Source of the DNA: Salinispira sp.
GTDB taxonomy: Bacteria; Spirochaetota; Spirochaetia; DSM-27196; Salinispiraceae
Direction: 5' to 3'
NCBI GenBank assembly: GCA_965602015.1
Contig: OZ271918.1
Location: forward strand, 2,400,001 to 2,464,000
DNA: 64,000 nt
The notes under the pieces were generated by a model. It ran no database searches, was not told the origin of the DNA, and worked only from the letters and a program-made list of their open reading frames with translations. Position numbers and translations under genes: made by a program. Shown piece by piece: positions 51,777 to 63,022 of this stretch (position 1 is its first letter; every line of letters starts with the position of its first letter).

Positions 51777-52619
51777 TTAACGCGAACGCCGGGGATTTTC
51801 CATATGCCGGCGGCGAAGCAGCTCGTACATAATTAATGTGCCAGCCTGAGCCACATTCAGGCTGTTCACCCTTCCGACCATGGGGATGGAAAGCCTGATC
51901 CGGGCCCGTTCGCGCCAAAAACCGCTGACCCCCTCGTTCTCTGCCCCAAGCACAACCGCCAGGGGATTCGGAAGCTCGGACTCCCAGATTCCGGCGGTAT
52001 CGACGGGATCGGCAATGGCCGCGGGAATGTTACGTTCCGACAGCCATTCCCATGTCGATTGATTGTCGGCTTCGGCACAGGGGAAGAGAAAATTCACCCC
52101 CTTGCTCGCCCGGACCACATTCGGGTTGCCCAGGTCGGTACGGCCGTCGCTGACTATGACCCCCGCGGCCCCGGCGGCGTCGGCGCTGCGCAGTATGGCC
52201 CCGAGATTCCCGGGTTTTTCCAGATCCTCGCAAATGATGTACAGTCCCGATGATTCATCGGGTCCGGGCAGCCGCGCCAGGTCCGTTGGGGGCTTGGCGG
52301 CCACGCAAAACCAGGCATCGGGATTGCTTCGGTAGCTGAGCTTTTCCATGATTTCCCTGGGGATTCGAATCATTCTTATACCCCGGGTCTCGAAGAGCTC
52401 AAGGCTCCCAATTTCCCGGTCCTTTATCAAATCGGGACAGATATACAGGCGTTCGGGCACAAATCCCGCTTCCAGCAGGAGGGAAACTTCCGAGTATCCC
52501 TCGACGGCCATCAGCCCGCTCTCATCCCGCCGCCGCCGGTCTCGCAGGCGCCGGTCTTCTTTTATATGGGGATTCTGGAGGCTGGTAATGTCATATACGC
52601 GGTGATTGTGTCCTTGCAT
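51777..52619 (-). CDS. TrmH/SpoU-family RNA methyltransferase
   Basis: KPGNLGAILRSA, LGAENEGV, IPMVGRVNSLNVA. Confidence 0.92.
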   Translation of the reverse strand: MQGHNHRVYDITSLQNPHIKEDRRLRDRRRRDESGLMAVEGYSEVSLLLEAGFVPERLYICPDLIKDREIGSLELFETRGIRMIRIPREIMEKLSYRSNPDAWFCVAAKPPTDLARLPGPDESSGLYIICEDLEKPGNLGAILRSADAAGAAGVIVSDGRTDLGNPNVVRASKGVNFLFPCAEADNQSTWEWLSERNIPAAIADPVDTAGIWESELPNPLAVVLGAENEGVSGFWRERARIRLSIPMVGRVNSLNVAQAGTLIMYELLRRRHMENPRRSR

Positions 52620-52634
52620 GGCTTCAAACTATAA

Positions 52635-53828
52635 TTGGACCGAAGCCCCATGTCCATAAATCATGCAAATCAACAAGACATAAACCCCTCTCGCCCAAAC
52701 TCAGATGCCCGCGACCGGGAAGTAACCGTCGGGCCGGAAGAAAGCGGGCAGCGGCTGGACCGCTGGCTGGCTGAGCGGTTTCCCCAGCTCAGCCGACGGG
52801 GCTGGCAGGAAAAAATCAGGGACGGTTTAGTGCTGGTAAACGGCCTCCGCTCTGAAAAGGGACGCACTCTTCGCCCCGGTGAAGAGGTCGAAATAGCAGA
52901 GTCCCCGGCCGGAAGGCAGATTTCGACCACCTCGAATCCCGCCGGCCGGGAACCGGCGCACGGGGCATCGGCACATGTGCCCGTGTTGTACACAGACCAG
53001 TGGATAGTGGCGGTGGATAAACCAAAAGGACTGCCCTGCCATCCCCTCAACGGCGGAGAATCCCCCTCCCAGCAAACAGCCCTCAATCTTGCGGCGGACC
53101 TTGACCCGGCGGTGTTGATAGAGCCCGATGGCACCCAAAGCGGGCGGCTGTCGGAGTCCGATATTATGCGGATTCGGCGGGAAGGCGGCCTTTTACACCG
53201 GCTGGACAACGACAGCAGCGGTGTGCTGCTCTTTGCCAGAAGCATTGAGGCCTGGCTGGCCTTCCGCGATGAAATCCAGGGCCGGACTAGCTCCGCAAAA
53301 AAGCACTACCTGGCGCGCTGCTGGGCCGGCGACCGGGTTGCCGACCGGCCGCTCGGTGAACCGGCTGCCGGCCCGGTCGCCGAACTGCTCGCCGAAATAG
53401 CCGCCGGCCCGGGAAGAATAATAAACTATCCGATAGCCCACAGCTCCAGGCGATCGTCGGGCAAAATGATTGCCGTCAAACCCGGTACACAAAAATCAGA
53501 ATACCGGGGCAGCCCGCGCAGCGGGGAAACCGGAATACTCTCCGCCTGCCTCACCGATGAGCCCAGCTGCCTGGTCCTTGCGGAGATCACCCGGGGTCAG
53601 CGGCATCAGATACGCTGTCATTTGGCAGCGGCGGGTCTGCCGCTGGTGGGCGACAGTCTCTACGGCGGTGAACCGGGAGATTTCCTGCTGCATCACAGCC
53701 GCCTGGATTTTTACCATCCATATCTCGGGAAACGGATAGCAATAGAATCAATGCCGGCAAAAGGCCGCTTCGCCGACAGTGAGATTGCTGAATTATGTAA
53801 GGAGATGTTCAGGAAAGCACAGCCCTGA
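52635..53828 (+). CDS. RluA/RluD-family pseudouridine synthase with N-terminal S4 domain
   Basis: QRLDRWL...SRR, DKPKGLPCHP, LHRLDNDSSG, GQRHQIRCHL, GDSLYG; start uncertain (52635 or 52650). Confidence 0.87.
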   Translation: MDRSPMSINHANQQDINPSRPNSDARDREVTVGPEESGQRLDRWLAERFPQLSRRGWQEKIRDGLVLVNGLRSEKGRTLRPGEEVEIAESPAGRQISTTSNPAGREPAHGASAHVPVLYTDQWIVAVDKPKGLPCHPLNGGESPSQQTALNLAADLDPAVLIEPDGTQSGRLSESDIMRIRREGGLLHRLDNDSSGVLLFARSIEAWLAFRDEIQGRTSSAKKHYLARCWAGDRVADRPLGEPAAGPVAELLAEIAAGPGRIINYPIAHSSRRSSGKMIAVKPGTQKSEYRGSPRSGETGILSACLTDEPSCLVLAEITRGQRHQIRCHLAAAGLPLVGDSLYGGEPGDFLLHHSRLDFYHPYLGKRIAIESMPAKGRFADSEIAELCKEMFRKAQP

Positions 53829-54171
53829 CGGTATTGACCAGGGTGTGTTCTTCCACCGGCTTGGTAAGGTAGGCCTGAGGATCGGTTTTCGCAGCCCGCC
53901 CCTTGGTTGCCGGATCGCTGTGGGCGGTCACATAGACCACGGGAATGTCCCGAAAGAGCTTAACGCGCTTTACCGCGTCCACGCCGTCGATGAAGCTGTT
54001 TATCCGAATATCCATGAGAATGAGGTCGGGGTGATGCTCCATAACCGATGATATGACTTCGTCGCCGCTGTCGATGACGTCGGCTATGTGATATCCGTAG
54101 CGCTCCAGGGTATCCTGCATGGCCAGGCCGACAAGAGCTTCGTCTTCGACAATTAATACTTTCTTACACAT
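53809..54171 (-). CDS. Single-domain response regulator
   Basis: VLIVEDE, PDLILMDI, VTAH, LTKP. Confidence 0.92.
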   Translation of the reverse strand: MCKKVLIVEDEALVGLAMQDTLERYGYHIADVIDSGDEVISSVMEHHPDLILMDIRINSFIDGVDAVKRVKLFRDIPVVYVTAHSDPATKGRAAKTDPQAYLTKPVEEHTLVNTVRAVLS

Positions 54172-54298
54172 GGTTATTTCCCCGCGGCGGCCTGGATGTA
54201 ATCCGGCGGCCTGTAAAAAGTATACTGATTTTCAGTAAAGAAAACAGTATTCTTGCCGGCGGGATGCGGATAATTGCCGAAAATAATACTACAGTATC

Positions 54299-55465
54299 AT
54301 GGATATGCGTTTTCCCTTAAACATCCACCATATTCAGGACCATCTCTTTCGCCGGCACCGGTGGCTGGTGCTGCTGGTTTCAAGCGCTTTGTATGCCGGC
54401 GGAATATTACTCTTCGGTCCGCAGCTGAGAGTTTCATCGAACTACCTGGTCGCATTGCCGGTAATTGCCGCGGCCATGGGTTTTGGGTTTTGGGGAGGGT
54501 TCTCGGCGGGAATGCTCGGGTTGCCGGTAAATCTCATCCTGTTTTCCCTCATCGGTTACCCGCAGTTCGCCCCGGAAAGTCTCATAATCGCCGAAGTATT
54601 CGGAATACTCGTGGGGGGCTCCATGGGAGCTCTGGGCGATTACTTCAGAATTCTCAATGAGGAAATCCGCCACAATCAACGCATCGCCAACGAACTTCAG
54701 CAGCAGATCAGCGACAGGGAGGTCCTGATTCAGGAGGTTCACCACCGGGTTAAAAATAACCTGACCCTTATCCTCAGCCTGCTTCAGCTGCAGAGAAATC
54801 AGTTCGACAGCCCGGAATACCGCAACGCCCTTGAAATCGTTTCAGCCCGAATCAGGGCGATCGCCTCGGTTCACGACTATATCTATACCCATGAAACCAG
54901 CACCTCGGTTAACCTCCAGCGTCACCTGCCGGCACTCTGCGAGGCGATAATCGAGAGCCATCAGATTCCGGAAATCAGCTTCCATCACGATGTGCAATTT
55001 AAAACCGGTATCTCACTGCAGAAGGCCACCCCCCTCAGCCTGATAATCCTGGAGATTCTCACCAACTCCTGCAAGCACGCGTTCTCTTCGGAACACGGGG
55101 ACCCCAGAATCTTCCTCTACGGCAGGGAGACTGCAAATGAGTATATATTGATAATTTCTGACAATGGAGCGGTCGCACACGGCGTTTCACCGCTGTCCGA
55201 CAACGCAGCGGCGGTGGCACGGACGGAACGTACAGCCGCAGCGGGCGCAAAAGGCGGCCTGGGATCCACAATTATCAAGGCCCTGACAAGACAGATTCGG
55301 GCGGATCTTATTGTAAACACCGATAAAGGCTATGAATACGTGCTGAAAATTCGAAAATCCGGCCAACCGTTTATGGCGGCGCCGGAAGCGCCTTCGCGGG
55401 CGGGACGCCTGGACCCCGAACCCGAAGAAGAGGGCCGAAATCGGCGCCCCCCTATTTCGCGCTGA
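54299..55465 (+). CDS. HisKA_2-family sensor histidine kinase with N-terminal TMs
   Basis: EVHHRVKNNL, EILTNSCKHAF, DNG, GLG; divergent from the receiver gene. Confidence 0.9.
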   Translation: MDMRFPLNIHHIQDHLFRRHRWLVLLVSSALYAGGILLFGPQLRVSSNYLVALPVIAAAMGFGFWGGFSAGMLGLPVNLILFSLIGYPQFAPESLIIAEVFGILVGGSMGALGDYFRILNEEIRHNQRIANELQQQISDREVLIQEVHHRVKNNLTLILSLLQLQRNQFDSPEYRNALEIVSARIRAIASVHDYIYTHETSTSVNLQRHLPALCEAIIESHQIPEISFHHDVQFKTGISLQKATPLSLIILEILTNSCKHAFSSEHGDPRIFLYGRETANEYILIISDNGAVAHGVSPLSDNAAAVARTERTAAAGAKGGLGSTIIKALTRQIRADLIVNTDKGYEYVLKIRKSGQPFMAAPEAPSRAGRLDPEPEEEGRNRRPPISR

Positions 55466-57362
55466 TTTTGATTTTCTTTACTTCCTTGGTTGACAGCCGT
55501 ACACCCTTAGCCTCGGTACCCTTGACCAGGTAATCCTCAATACGGAAGTCCTCTTCAAGCACACGTAAATTCGGTTTTGGTTTATAGCTTAGGTGAATTG
55601 TGCCCTTTGTCCTGGTGCTGTAGGTGAGCAATTTGCCTCCCTCGGGAACCAGGTCGTAGTTTTTCTCCAAAATGTATTTTTCGATGACCGTCCGCTTTAT
55701 GTACAGCTGCTTGCTGTCCTCATTCCGGTAGATAATCGTGTGGGTAACAGCTGCAAGTTCGTCCTTGTCGGCGAGTACCACATTCAACACCCCGCTCCCC
55801 ACAAACTTCTTTTCGCTAACCGGGTGCACCGAGTAGGAACCGTCTTTTTTAATGATAAGTATACGGTCGAATTCGCTGACGTCGAACATCGCCTTGCCGC
55901 CGCTCACCTGGTAGCCCAAATAACCGGTCTTGTCGTCGTAGCGAAGCGAGAGGTTGCGGGCGGCGGCGCTTCGGGCTTCAACCTTGCTAAAGCTGGTTAT
56001 GGTGGTGAGCCTGGGGAAGTCCTGGGATCGGCGGTCGATTATCCCGTCGAGGAAGGCCTCGGCGTAACTCACCACATCTTTGAGCAAAGCGCGGATTTCC
56101 CTGATTCGGGCAGTGATTTCCTCGATTTCCTTCCTCGCCTTGTTAATATCGTAGAGGGATATGCGGCGGATGGGTATCTTCAGGAGCCGCTCGAGATCTT
56201 CCTCGGTGATTTCCCGCTTAATCTCAGCCATGAAGGGTTCGAAACCAGTAAGTACCGCATGGCGGACCTTCTCCTGGGTGTCCTTGTCTTCAATACGCTT
56301 GTATATCCGCTCTTCGATAAAAATCCGTTCGAGGGTCCGGGCGTGGAGCCGGTCTTTCAGGTGCCCCAGTTCGATCTCCAGCTCTTTTTTCAGAATCGCC
56401 TGGAGCTGCCGGGCATGATGATCAATGACTTCAGAAACCTTCATGGATACGGGCATTCCGTCTTTAATCACCAATAAATTCACCGAGATGCTCTGCTCGC
56501 AGTCGGTAAATGCATACAGGGCGTCGACCACGTCCTGGGTATAGACGCCCCTGGGAAGCTGAATTTCGATTTCAACATTTTCCGTGGTGTAGTCGTTGAT
56601 GCTTCCGACTTTGAGCTTTCCCTTTCGGGCGGCGTTTTCAATAGACTGAATAAGGCCTTCGGTGGTGGTGCCGTAGGGCAGCTCGCGGATGAGCAGTCTT
56701 TTGGGATCTGAAGTATCAATTTTAGCCCGAACGAGGACCGAACCCATGCCTTCATCGTAGGCCGAAGCGTCAATGAGCCCGCCGGTGGGAAAGTCGGGCA
56801 ACAGCTCCCGCCTCTTGCCCCGGAGCCGGTCCTTTACCGCCTGGAGCACCTCGATCATGTTATGCGGAAGAATTCTGGTGCTCATGCCAACGGCGATACC
56901 TTCGGCACCCTGGATCAGAAGAACGGGAATTTTTGCGGGAAAAACCACCGGCTCCTTGTTCCTGCCGTCGTAACTCGGCACGTATTCCGTGAGTTCGGGG
57001 TTGTACAAAATGGATTTTGCGAAGGGTAGAGCCCGGCACTCGATGTACCGGGCTGCCGAGGCCTCGTCCCCGGTGAAAATGTTTCCGAAATTTCCCTGCT
57101 TGTCGATAAACAGGTCCTTGTTGGCAAGCACTACCAGGGCGGATCCGATGGAGGCGTCTCCGTGGGGATGATACTTCATACAATGGCCCACCACATTGGC
57201 GACCTTGTGGAACTTACCGTCGTCTATTTCAAGGAGGCTGTGGAGAATTCGGCGCTGAACTGGCTTGAGGCCGTCGTCAATGTGGGGAATTGCCCGGTCC
57301 TTGATGACGTAGCTGGCGTACTCGAGGAAATTGGTATTAAACAGTTTATCTACATATGCCAT
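55452..57362 (-). CDS. parC: DNA topoisomerase IV subunit A
   Basis: DGLKPVQRR, YHPHGD, QGNFG, AARYIE; short C-terminal domain (636 aa) and no GyrA box seen. Confidence 0.88.
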   Translation of the reverse strand: MAYVDKLFNTNFLEYASYVIKDRAIPHIDDGLKPVQRRILHSLLEIDDGKFHKVANVVGHCMKYHPHGDASIGSALVVLANKDLFIDKQGNFGNIFTGDEASAARYIECRALPFAKSILYNPELTEYVPSYDGRNKEPVVFPAKIPVLLIQGAEGIAVGMSTRILPHNMIEVLQAVKDRLRGKRRELLPDFPTGGLIDASAYDEGMGSVLVRAKIDTSDPKRLLIRELPYGTTTEGLIQSIENAARKGKLKVGSINDYTTENVEIEIQLPRGVYTQDVVDALYAFTDCEQSISVNLLVIKDGMPVSMKVSEVIDHHARQLQAILKKELEIELGHLKDRLHARTLERIFIEERIYKRIEDKDTQEKVRHAVLTGFEPFMAEIKREITEEDLERLLKIPIRRISLYDINKARKEIEEITARIREIRALLKDVVSYAEAFLDGIIDRRSQDFPRLTTITSFSKVEARSAAARNLSLRYDDKTGYLGYQVSGGKAMFDVSEFDRILIIKKDGSYSVHPVSEKKFVGSGVLNVVLADKDELAAVTHTIIYRNEDSKQLYIKRTVIEKYILEKNYDLVPEGGKLLTYSTRTKGTIHLSYKPKPNLRVLEEDFRIEDYLVKGTEAKGVRLSTKEVKKIKISAK

Positions 57363-57368
57363 AGGAAC

Positions 57369-59282
57369 TTATTCACTCACTTCGATGAGATTTTTCATGA
57401 TAAAGGACTTTCGATCGGGGGTGTTTTTCCCCATGTAGAAGCTCATGGTGTCGTGAAGCCCCTTGAGAGTCTTGATGCTCACCTTGAGAAGCCGGATGTT
57501 CTCTCCGATGAACTGCCCGAATTCCTTGGGGCTAATCTCTCCCAGACCCTTGAAACGAGTGACCTCCGGACCGCGGATGGCCTCCAAAGCCTCATCCCGC
57601 TCCCGCAGCGAGTAGCAGTACCGGGTCTCCTGTTTATTGCGCACCCTGAACAGCGGAGTTTCCAGTATGAACACCCGCTCCTGAACCACAAGGTCCTCGA
57701 AAAAACTCAGGAAAAACGTTAACAGGAGGTTACGGATATGATATCCGTCGTGATCAGCATCGGTTGCGATAATGATGCGGGCATATCGCAGGCCCTCGAT
57801 GCCGTTCTCAATACCAAGGGCCATCATCATGTTGTACAGCTCTTCGTTTTTATAAATCGACGCCTGGCTTCGACCGAACATATTCTGGGGTTTTCCCTTG
57901 AGGGAAAAAATAGCCTGGGTGTAGACATCACGGCACGACACCATGGAACCCGAGGCCGACGCCCCTTCGGTAATAAAAATAGTGCTTTCATCGCCCCGGG
58001 TTTTGTCTCCCAGGTGGTATTTGCAGTCTTTTAAGTTTGGGATCTTTAATGCGATTTTCTTGGCCGCCTCCTTGGCTTCCTTTCGAACCACATTCAGCTC
58101 CTTGCGGAGCTTCTCGTTGTTTACGATTTTATCCTGAATCTTTTTTGCGGCAGTTTTATTTTTGTGCAGAAAGTCTGCAACCGCTTCCTTCGTTTCCTGG
58201 ACGATCCAACTCCGGATTTCCGTGTTGCCCAGCTTGTTTTTTGTCTGACTCTCGAAAACCGGATTTTCCAGTTTCACCGCCGCAGACGCCACTATCCCCT
58301 CCCGCACATCCACGCCGGAGTACGTCTTCTGGAAGAATTCGTTTACCCCCTTCAGAAGTCCTTCCCGGAAGGCCGAAAGGTGGGTGCCGCCGTCGGAGGT
58401 GAACTGGCCGTTGACAAAACTCCAATGGGTCTCACCATAGGTCTGTCCGTGGGTAAAGGCGAACTCCAGGTACTGTCCCTTGTAATAGCTGATATCGTAC
58501 AGGAGCTCATCGCCTACTTCCCGCTCCAGCAGGTCGCGAAGCCCCTTTTCCGAATGGAAGGTCTGCCAGCCGCCCCGGTCAGTATGTTCTCCGCCGATGC
58601 TCTTCCCGTCTTTATCCAGGACTTTGAGCCTCAGGGTCAGGCCCGAATTCAAATAGGCGTAATTCCATAGCCGTTCTTCGATAAACTCGAGATTAAAATC
58701 AAAGTCAGGGAAAATTTCTCCGTCGGGAACAAATTGAACCAGGGTTCCCGACTTCTCGGAGGACTTGCCCTTCTTTTCCTTTAGCAGGTTTCCCCGGGCG
58801 AAGCTCGCCTCGGCGAACTTCCCCTCCCGTATGGCCTTGACGGTAAAGGCGGAACTGAGGGCGTTGACCGCCTTGGTTCCCACACCGTTAAGTCCAACGG
58901 AGAACTGGAAGACTTCGGTGTTGTACTTCGCTCCGGTATTGATAACCGACACGCATTCGACAATCTTGCCGAGGGGGATGCCTCTTCCGTAGTCCCTGAC
59001 GGTCAGGGTTGAACCCTGAATCAGAATATCAATCTGCTTCCCGAAGCCCATGATGTACTCGTCTACCGAGTTATCGATCACTTCTTTCAGAAGGATGTAG
59101 ATTCCGTCATCGGGATTCGATCCGTCCCCCAGGCGGCCTATATACATACCGCTGCGAAGCCGGATGTGCTCCAGCGAACTGAGGGTTTTGATTTTGCTTT
59201 CATCATAAGCCGCGGCGGATTTCGCCGGGGCGCTTTTCGCTGCGGACGCAGCTTTGCCAGTGCTTTTAGTTCCCCTTCCCAT
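57369..59282 (-). CDS. parE: DNA topoisomerase IV subunit B
   Basis: EVIDNSVDE, DYGRGIP, GLNGVG, FESQTK, TDADHDG, RFKGLGE. Confidence 0.88.
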   Translation of the reverse strand: MGRGTKSTGKAASAAKSAPAKSAAAYDESKIKTLSSLEHIRLRSGMYIGRLGDGSNPDDGIYILLKEVIDNSVDEYIMGFGKQIDILIQGSTLTVRDYGRGIPLGKIVECVSVINTGAKYNTEVFQFSVGLNGVGTKAVNALSSAFTVKAIREGKFAEASFARGNLLKEKKGKSSEKSGTLVQFVPDGEIFPDFDFNLEFIEERLWNYAYLNSGLTLRLKVLDKDGKSIGGEHTDRGGWQTFHSEKGLRDLLEREVGDELLYDISYYKGQYLEFAFTHGQTYGETHWSFVNGQFTSDGGTHLSAFREGLLKGVNEFFQKTYSGVDVREGIVASAAVKLENPVFESQTKNKLGNTEIRSWIVQETKEAVADFLHKNKTAAKKIQDKIVNNEKLRKELNVVRKEAKEAAKKIALKIPNLKDCKYHLGDKTRGDESTIFITEGASASGSMVSCRDVYTQAIFSLKGKPQNMFGRSQASIYKNEELYNMMMALGIENGIEGLRYARIIIATDADHDGYHIRNLLLTFFLSFFEDLVVQERVFILETPLFRVRNKQETRYCYSLRERDEALEAIRGPEVTRFKGLGEISPKEFGQFIGENIRLLKVSIKTLKGLHDTMSFYMGKNTPDRKSFIMKNLIEVSE

Positions 59283-59390
59283 AGAAGGCTATAATAGCAT
59301 AATCCAAGCGGACATTAAAGCGTAACATCCCCTTTGTCGAAGCTATATAAGAAGAAAGAGATTCCCCCCTTTATTCGCAAGGAGACGAGC

Positions 59391-60437
59391 ATGGGCACAG
59401 ACGCAGCAGGCAACACTACCAGGGTCACAATTTCCCGCAGGATCTCAGCTGTGTTATTGCTGGCCGCAGTCTTACCCCTGTTTTCCGGCTGCGCTACTAC
59501 TGAAGAAGGCCCTAGTCCCGAAGAACAATTGGCGGAAAGCAGGGCACAAAACGAAAACCTCAGCCGTGAAATCGCAGAACTTGAAGAGCGATTGACGGAC
59601 GCCCGGGAGGCCCTGGCGGCAGCAAACAACGACCGTGCAATGATCAGCGAGCAAGGTCAGGCCGACAGCCTGCTCATCGCCCAGCTTGAAGCCGAATTAG
59701 CCAAAAACCGTGAAACCATACGCCGGCTCAATGAAGCCCTTTCCCAGGCCAGTTTTGCCCAGCAATTATTCGATAGCCGGGAAACCGGAAATCCAAATCC
59801 CGACAGCAGCAGCGGTAACCAAGACGGCCAGAACGGCGATGCAAACGGGCCGGAGAGTACCGGGGGCAACGCCGGTTCGCAAGCGAGCGGAAGGGACAGT
59901 GAGACCTCAGACTCTCAGCGGGAGATCCCCGACGCTACGGTGTTCTCTCCGGAGGTTATCGGTCGCAGCGCGCCGCAGTCGGTACGGGGGAGCGCTTTGG
60001 TTTCCCAGGAGGGCAGAGGCATGGTCTACATTAGCCATGAGTCCGCCGGCCACTTCAGCGAAGACAGCGGGTACCTGGAGATTCACCAGGGCCGGGGAAC
60101 CGGCACAACCATTTACCTGGTGCTGCAGGTTTTGAGAGACCGGGATGAAGAAGCATTCGGATTGTACGGAGCGGATATAAGCCTGGCGGGAACCTTTCTG
60201 ATCAGTATCGGGGAGGCTGAATATGCCGAACGGCTGATTGATCCCTCTACCGCGGTGGAGCGATTGTATTTCCCCCTGGAACCCCGAACCCTCCAGGCCC
60301 TCGGCAGAATGGTTATCGAGCGCCGGGGAAAAATAATTATAAAGGGACTGTTCGGCGAGCGGGAGCTTGTTATGGATGCCCAGCGGGCAGAGCGCATGCA
60401 GGAAGTGCTGTCAGCATTTATTGAGATCGGGAATTAG
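59391..60437 (+). CDS. Hypothetical lipoprotein with coiled coil and low-complexity linker
   Basis: AAGGAG SD before ATG at 59391; lipobox FSGC; heptad-rich region followed by an S/G/N-rich linker. Confidence 0.7.
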   Translation: MGTDAAGNTTRVTISRRISAVLLLAAVLPLFSGCATTEEGPSPEEQLAESRAQNENLSREIAELEERLTDAREALAAANNDRAMISEQGQADSLLIAQLEAELAKNRETIRRLNEALSQASFAQQLFDSRETGNPNPDSSSGNQDGQNGDANGPESTGGNAGSQASGRDSETSDSQREIPDATVFSPEVIGRSAPQSVRGSALVSQEGRGMVYISHESAGHFSEDSGYLEIHQGRGTGTTIYLVLQVLRDRDEEAFGLYGADISLAGTFLISIGEAEYAERLIDPSTAVERLYFPLEPRTLQALGRMVIERRGKIIIKGLFGERELVMDAQRAERMQEVLSAFIEIGN

Positions 60438-60447
60438 CCTTCCCGGC

Positions 60448-62973
60448 TTAATCCGCTGATCGGGATGCGCTGCTTCCCACGGTCGCCGCATCGGTCTCGC
60501 CGCTGTCTTTTTTCGCCTTTTCGGAAAAGCTGATTTTCCCCTTTCGTAGGCTCACCTGAATGTGACTTCCGGCTCCGTAATGGCCCTTGAGGATTTCAAG
60601 GGAGAGGGGGTCCTCAATTTCCCGCTGCAGCACCCTGCGCAGAGGCCGGGCACCGAACTTCACATCGTAGCCCTCCTCGGCGAGGTAGTCCTTGGCGGTC
60701 TTCATTACTTCGAGAATCATCTCGTTTTCAGCCATGCGCTGCTGGATTTCCGCAAGATGGATATCGAGGATTTGGTGAACCTGTTCCCGGCTGAGGCTAT
60801 GGAATACGACGGTTTCATCAACCCTGTTGATAAATTCCGGACGGAAGAGCCGCTTGAGCTCATTCAACGCGCTTGATTTTATCTCCCGGTAATCCAGCAT
60901 GCCTTCATCGGTTTTGAAGCCGACGGCGGATTCCCTGGTGATCTCCCGGGCTCCGGCGTTGCTTGTCATGATAATGACCGTATTGCGAAAGTTCACCTTG
61001 TGACCAAGATTATCCTGAAGTTCTCCTTCTTCGAGCACCTGAAGAAGCAGGTTAAACACGTCGGGATGGGCCTTTTCGATTTCATCGAATAACACCACCG
61101 CGTACGGCTTGCGTCGAATTTTCTCGGTGAGCAATCCGCCTTCTTCATAGCCTACATACCCCGGAGGAGACCCGACCAGTCTGCTCACATTGTGTTTCTC
61201 CATAAAATCGGACATGTCGATGCGCACCAGGGCGTCAGCGTTGCCAAAAAGAAATTCCGCAAGGGTTTTTGCCAGCAGCGACTTACCCACCCCGGTCGGT
61301 CCGAGAAAGATAAACGAACCCATGGGACGGTTGGGGCTTGAAAGCCCCGTCCGGCTCCGGCGAATGGCAGAGGAGATAACATTTATTGCGTCGTCCTGCC
61401 CGATAACAGTGCGATGCAGGTCGTCTTCAATGCTCAGGAGCTTTTGACTCTCGGTTTCCGCGAGGCGGGTGACGGGTATTCCGGTAATATCGCTGATTAC
61501 TTTCTGAATGTCGTCGGAATCCACCACCTTGGCTTCGGTTTTAAGGGTAATCTTCCAGTTCTGCTTTATTTCCTCGACCCGGTTTTTAAGATGCCGCACC
61601 TCGTCCCGGACCGCGGCGGCCCGCTCGTAATTCTGCGAATTGACCAGGTTGACCTTTTCGTCATTGAGTTTCTCAATTTCTTTTTCGAGTTCCTGGATTT
61701 CATCGGGACGGACCGAGTGTTTGATCCGCTTCCTGGCGCCGGCCTCGTCGATCAGGTCTATGGCTTTATCCGGAAGGAAGCGCTCGGTTATGTAGCGATG
61801 CGCCATGGCGGCGGAAATTTCGATTGCGCCGGGGGTATACGAGACGTTGTGATACTCCTCGTAGCAATCCTTGACTCCGTTGAGTATTTCGATTGTGTGG
61901 GCCACATCGGGCTCGTCGACCATAACGGTCTGGAAGCGCCGTTCAAGGGCTGCGTCTTTTTCAATGTACTTCTTGTATTCGTTGAGGGTGGTGGCGCCGA
62001 TACATTGGATTTCCCCGCGGGAAAGGGCGGGTTTGAGCATGTTGGACGCGTCGATGGCCCCCTCGGCGCCGCCGGCGCCGATTATGGTGTGCAGCTCGTC
62101 AATAAACAATATGACGTTACCCGCCGCAGTAATTTCCTTCATTATACGCTTAAGGCGCTCTTCAAACTCCCCCCGGTATTTGGTCCCGGCAATCACCGCC
62201 GCCAAATCAAGGGTCATGACCCGCTTTTCCATCAGGACGTCCGGAGCATCGCCGTCAACAATCTTTTGGGTGAGGCCTTCGACAATTGCGGTTTTGCCAA
62301 CCCCCGGTTCCCCGATGAGCACCGGATTGTTTTTGTTGCGCCGGGCGAGTATCTGAATGACCCGGTCGATTTCCCGGGTGCGCCCGATAACCGGATCCAA
62401 TTTGCCCTTACGGGCGAGAATCGTGAGGTCCCGGGCGAATTCATCGAGGTTGGGGGTGGCGCGCTTCTGCGAAGAGCCCGAGCTTCCCCGCCGACGTTCG
62501 TTTGGCACTTGCGGGGCTTCGCCCTCATCGCGGCGGTTTCCGTAACCCGCCAGGTCGATGACGATTTCCCTGAGGGTTTCGACGCTGACCTGGTTATCCT
62601 CGAGGAAACGGAGGGTCTCGCCCTCTTTCGCACAGGCCAACAGCAGGTGTTCTGTTCCGATGAACTCATGTCCTAGATGTTTGGCTTCTTCCGCAGAGTC
62701 CTCGAGAACTTTTTTTCCTCTTGGACTTGGGGGCACATCTCCCAGAATAAAACCGCCCCGCTTGCGGGGAATGTTTTTTTCCAGTTCGATCTGCATTTTC
62801 GCCGGATCGATAAGGGCTTTAAGGAGTGTTTTGTACGCAAGCCCGCCGCCTTCTTTTAGAATGGCGATCATGATGTGCTCCGGCAGCAACTGATCAGAAT
62901 GAAAGCGCTTTGCTTCATCCTGAGCGAGGATGGTCAGTATTTTTTGTGCTCTCTGCGTAAGCCCTTTGAACAT
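60448..62973 (-). CDS. clpC: ATP-dependent Clp protease ATP-binding subunit ClpC
   Basis: Clp N-domain repeats, [11 protein letters not shown] motif ([12 protein letters not shown]), [11 protein letters not shown] loop. Confidence 0.95.
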   Translation of the reverse strand: MFKGLTQRAQKILTILAQDEAKRFHSDQLLPEHIMIAILKEGGGLAYKTLLKALIDPAKMQIELEKNIPRKRGGFILGDVPPSPRGKKVLEDSAEEAKHLGHEFIGTEHLLLACAKEGETLRFLEDNQVSVETLREIVIDLAGYGNRRDEGEAPQVPNERRRGSSGSSQKRATPNLDEFARDLTILARKGKLDPVIGRTREIDRVIQILARRNKNNPVLIGEPGVGKTAIVEGLTQKIVDGDAPDVLMEKRVMTLDLAAVIAGTKYRGEFEERLKRIMKEITAAGNVILFIDELHTIIGAGGAEGAIDASNMLKPALSRGEIQCIGATTLNEYKKYIEKDAALERRFQTVMVDEPDVAHTIEILNGVKDCYEEYHNVSYTPGAIEISAAMAHRYITERFLPDKAIDLIDEAGARKRIKHSVRPDEIQELEKEIEKLNDEKVNLVNSQNYERAAAVRDEVRHLKNRVEEIKQNWKITLKTEAKVVDSDDIQKVISDITGIPVTRLAETESQKLLSIEDDLHRTVIGQDDAINVISSAIRRSRTGLSSPNRPMGSFIFLGPTGVGKSLLAKTLAEFLFGNADALVRIDMSDFMEKHNVSRLVGSPPGYVGYEEGGLLTEKIRRKPYAVVLFDEIEKAHPDVFNLLLQVLEEGELQDNLGHKVNFRNTVIIMTSNAGAREITRESAVGFKTDEGMLDYREIKSSALNELKRLFRPEFINRVDETVVFHSLSREQVHQILDIHLAEIQQRMAENEMILEVMKTAKDYLAEEGYDVKFGARPLRRVLQREIEDPLSLEILKGHYGAGSHIQVSLRKGKISFSEKAKKDSGETDAATVGSSASRSAD

Positions 62974-63022
62974 GAATGCTCCTTAGTATAAACATACCAC
63001 TTATTAAATGTCGGTTCATAGA

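Noticed and set aside
55452..59282. Calling this pair gyrA/gyrB
   Set aside because: The A subunit is short with no GyrA box seen, and the B subunit motifs are divergent; topoisomerase IV fits better.
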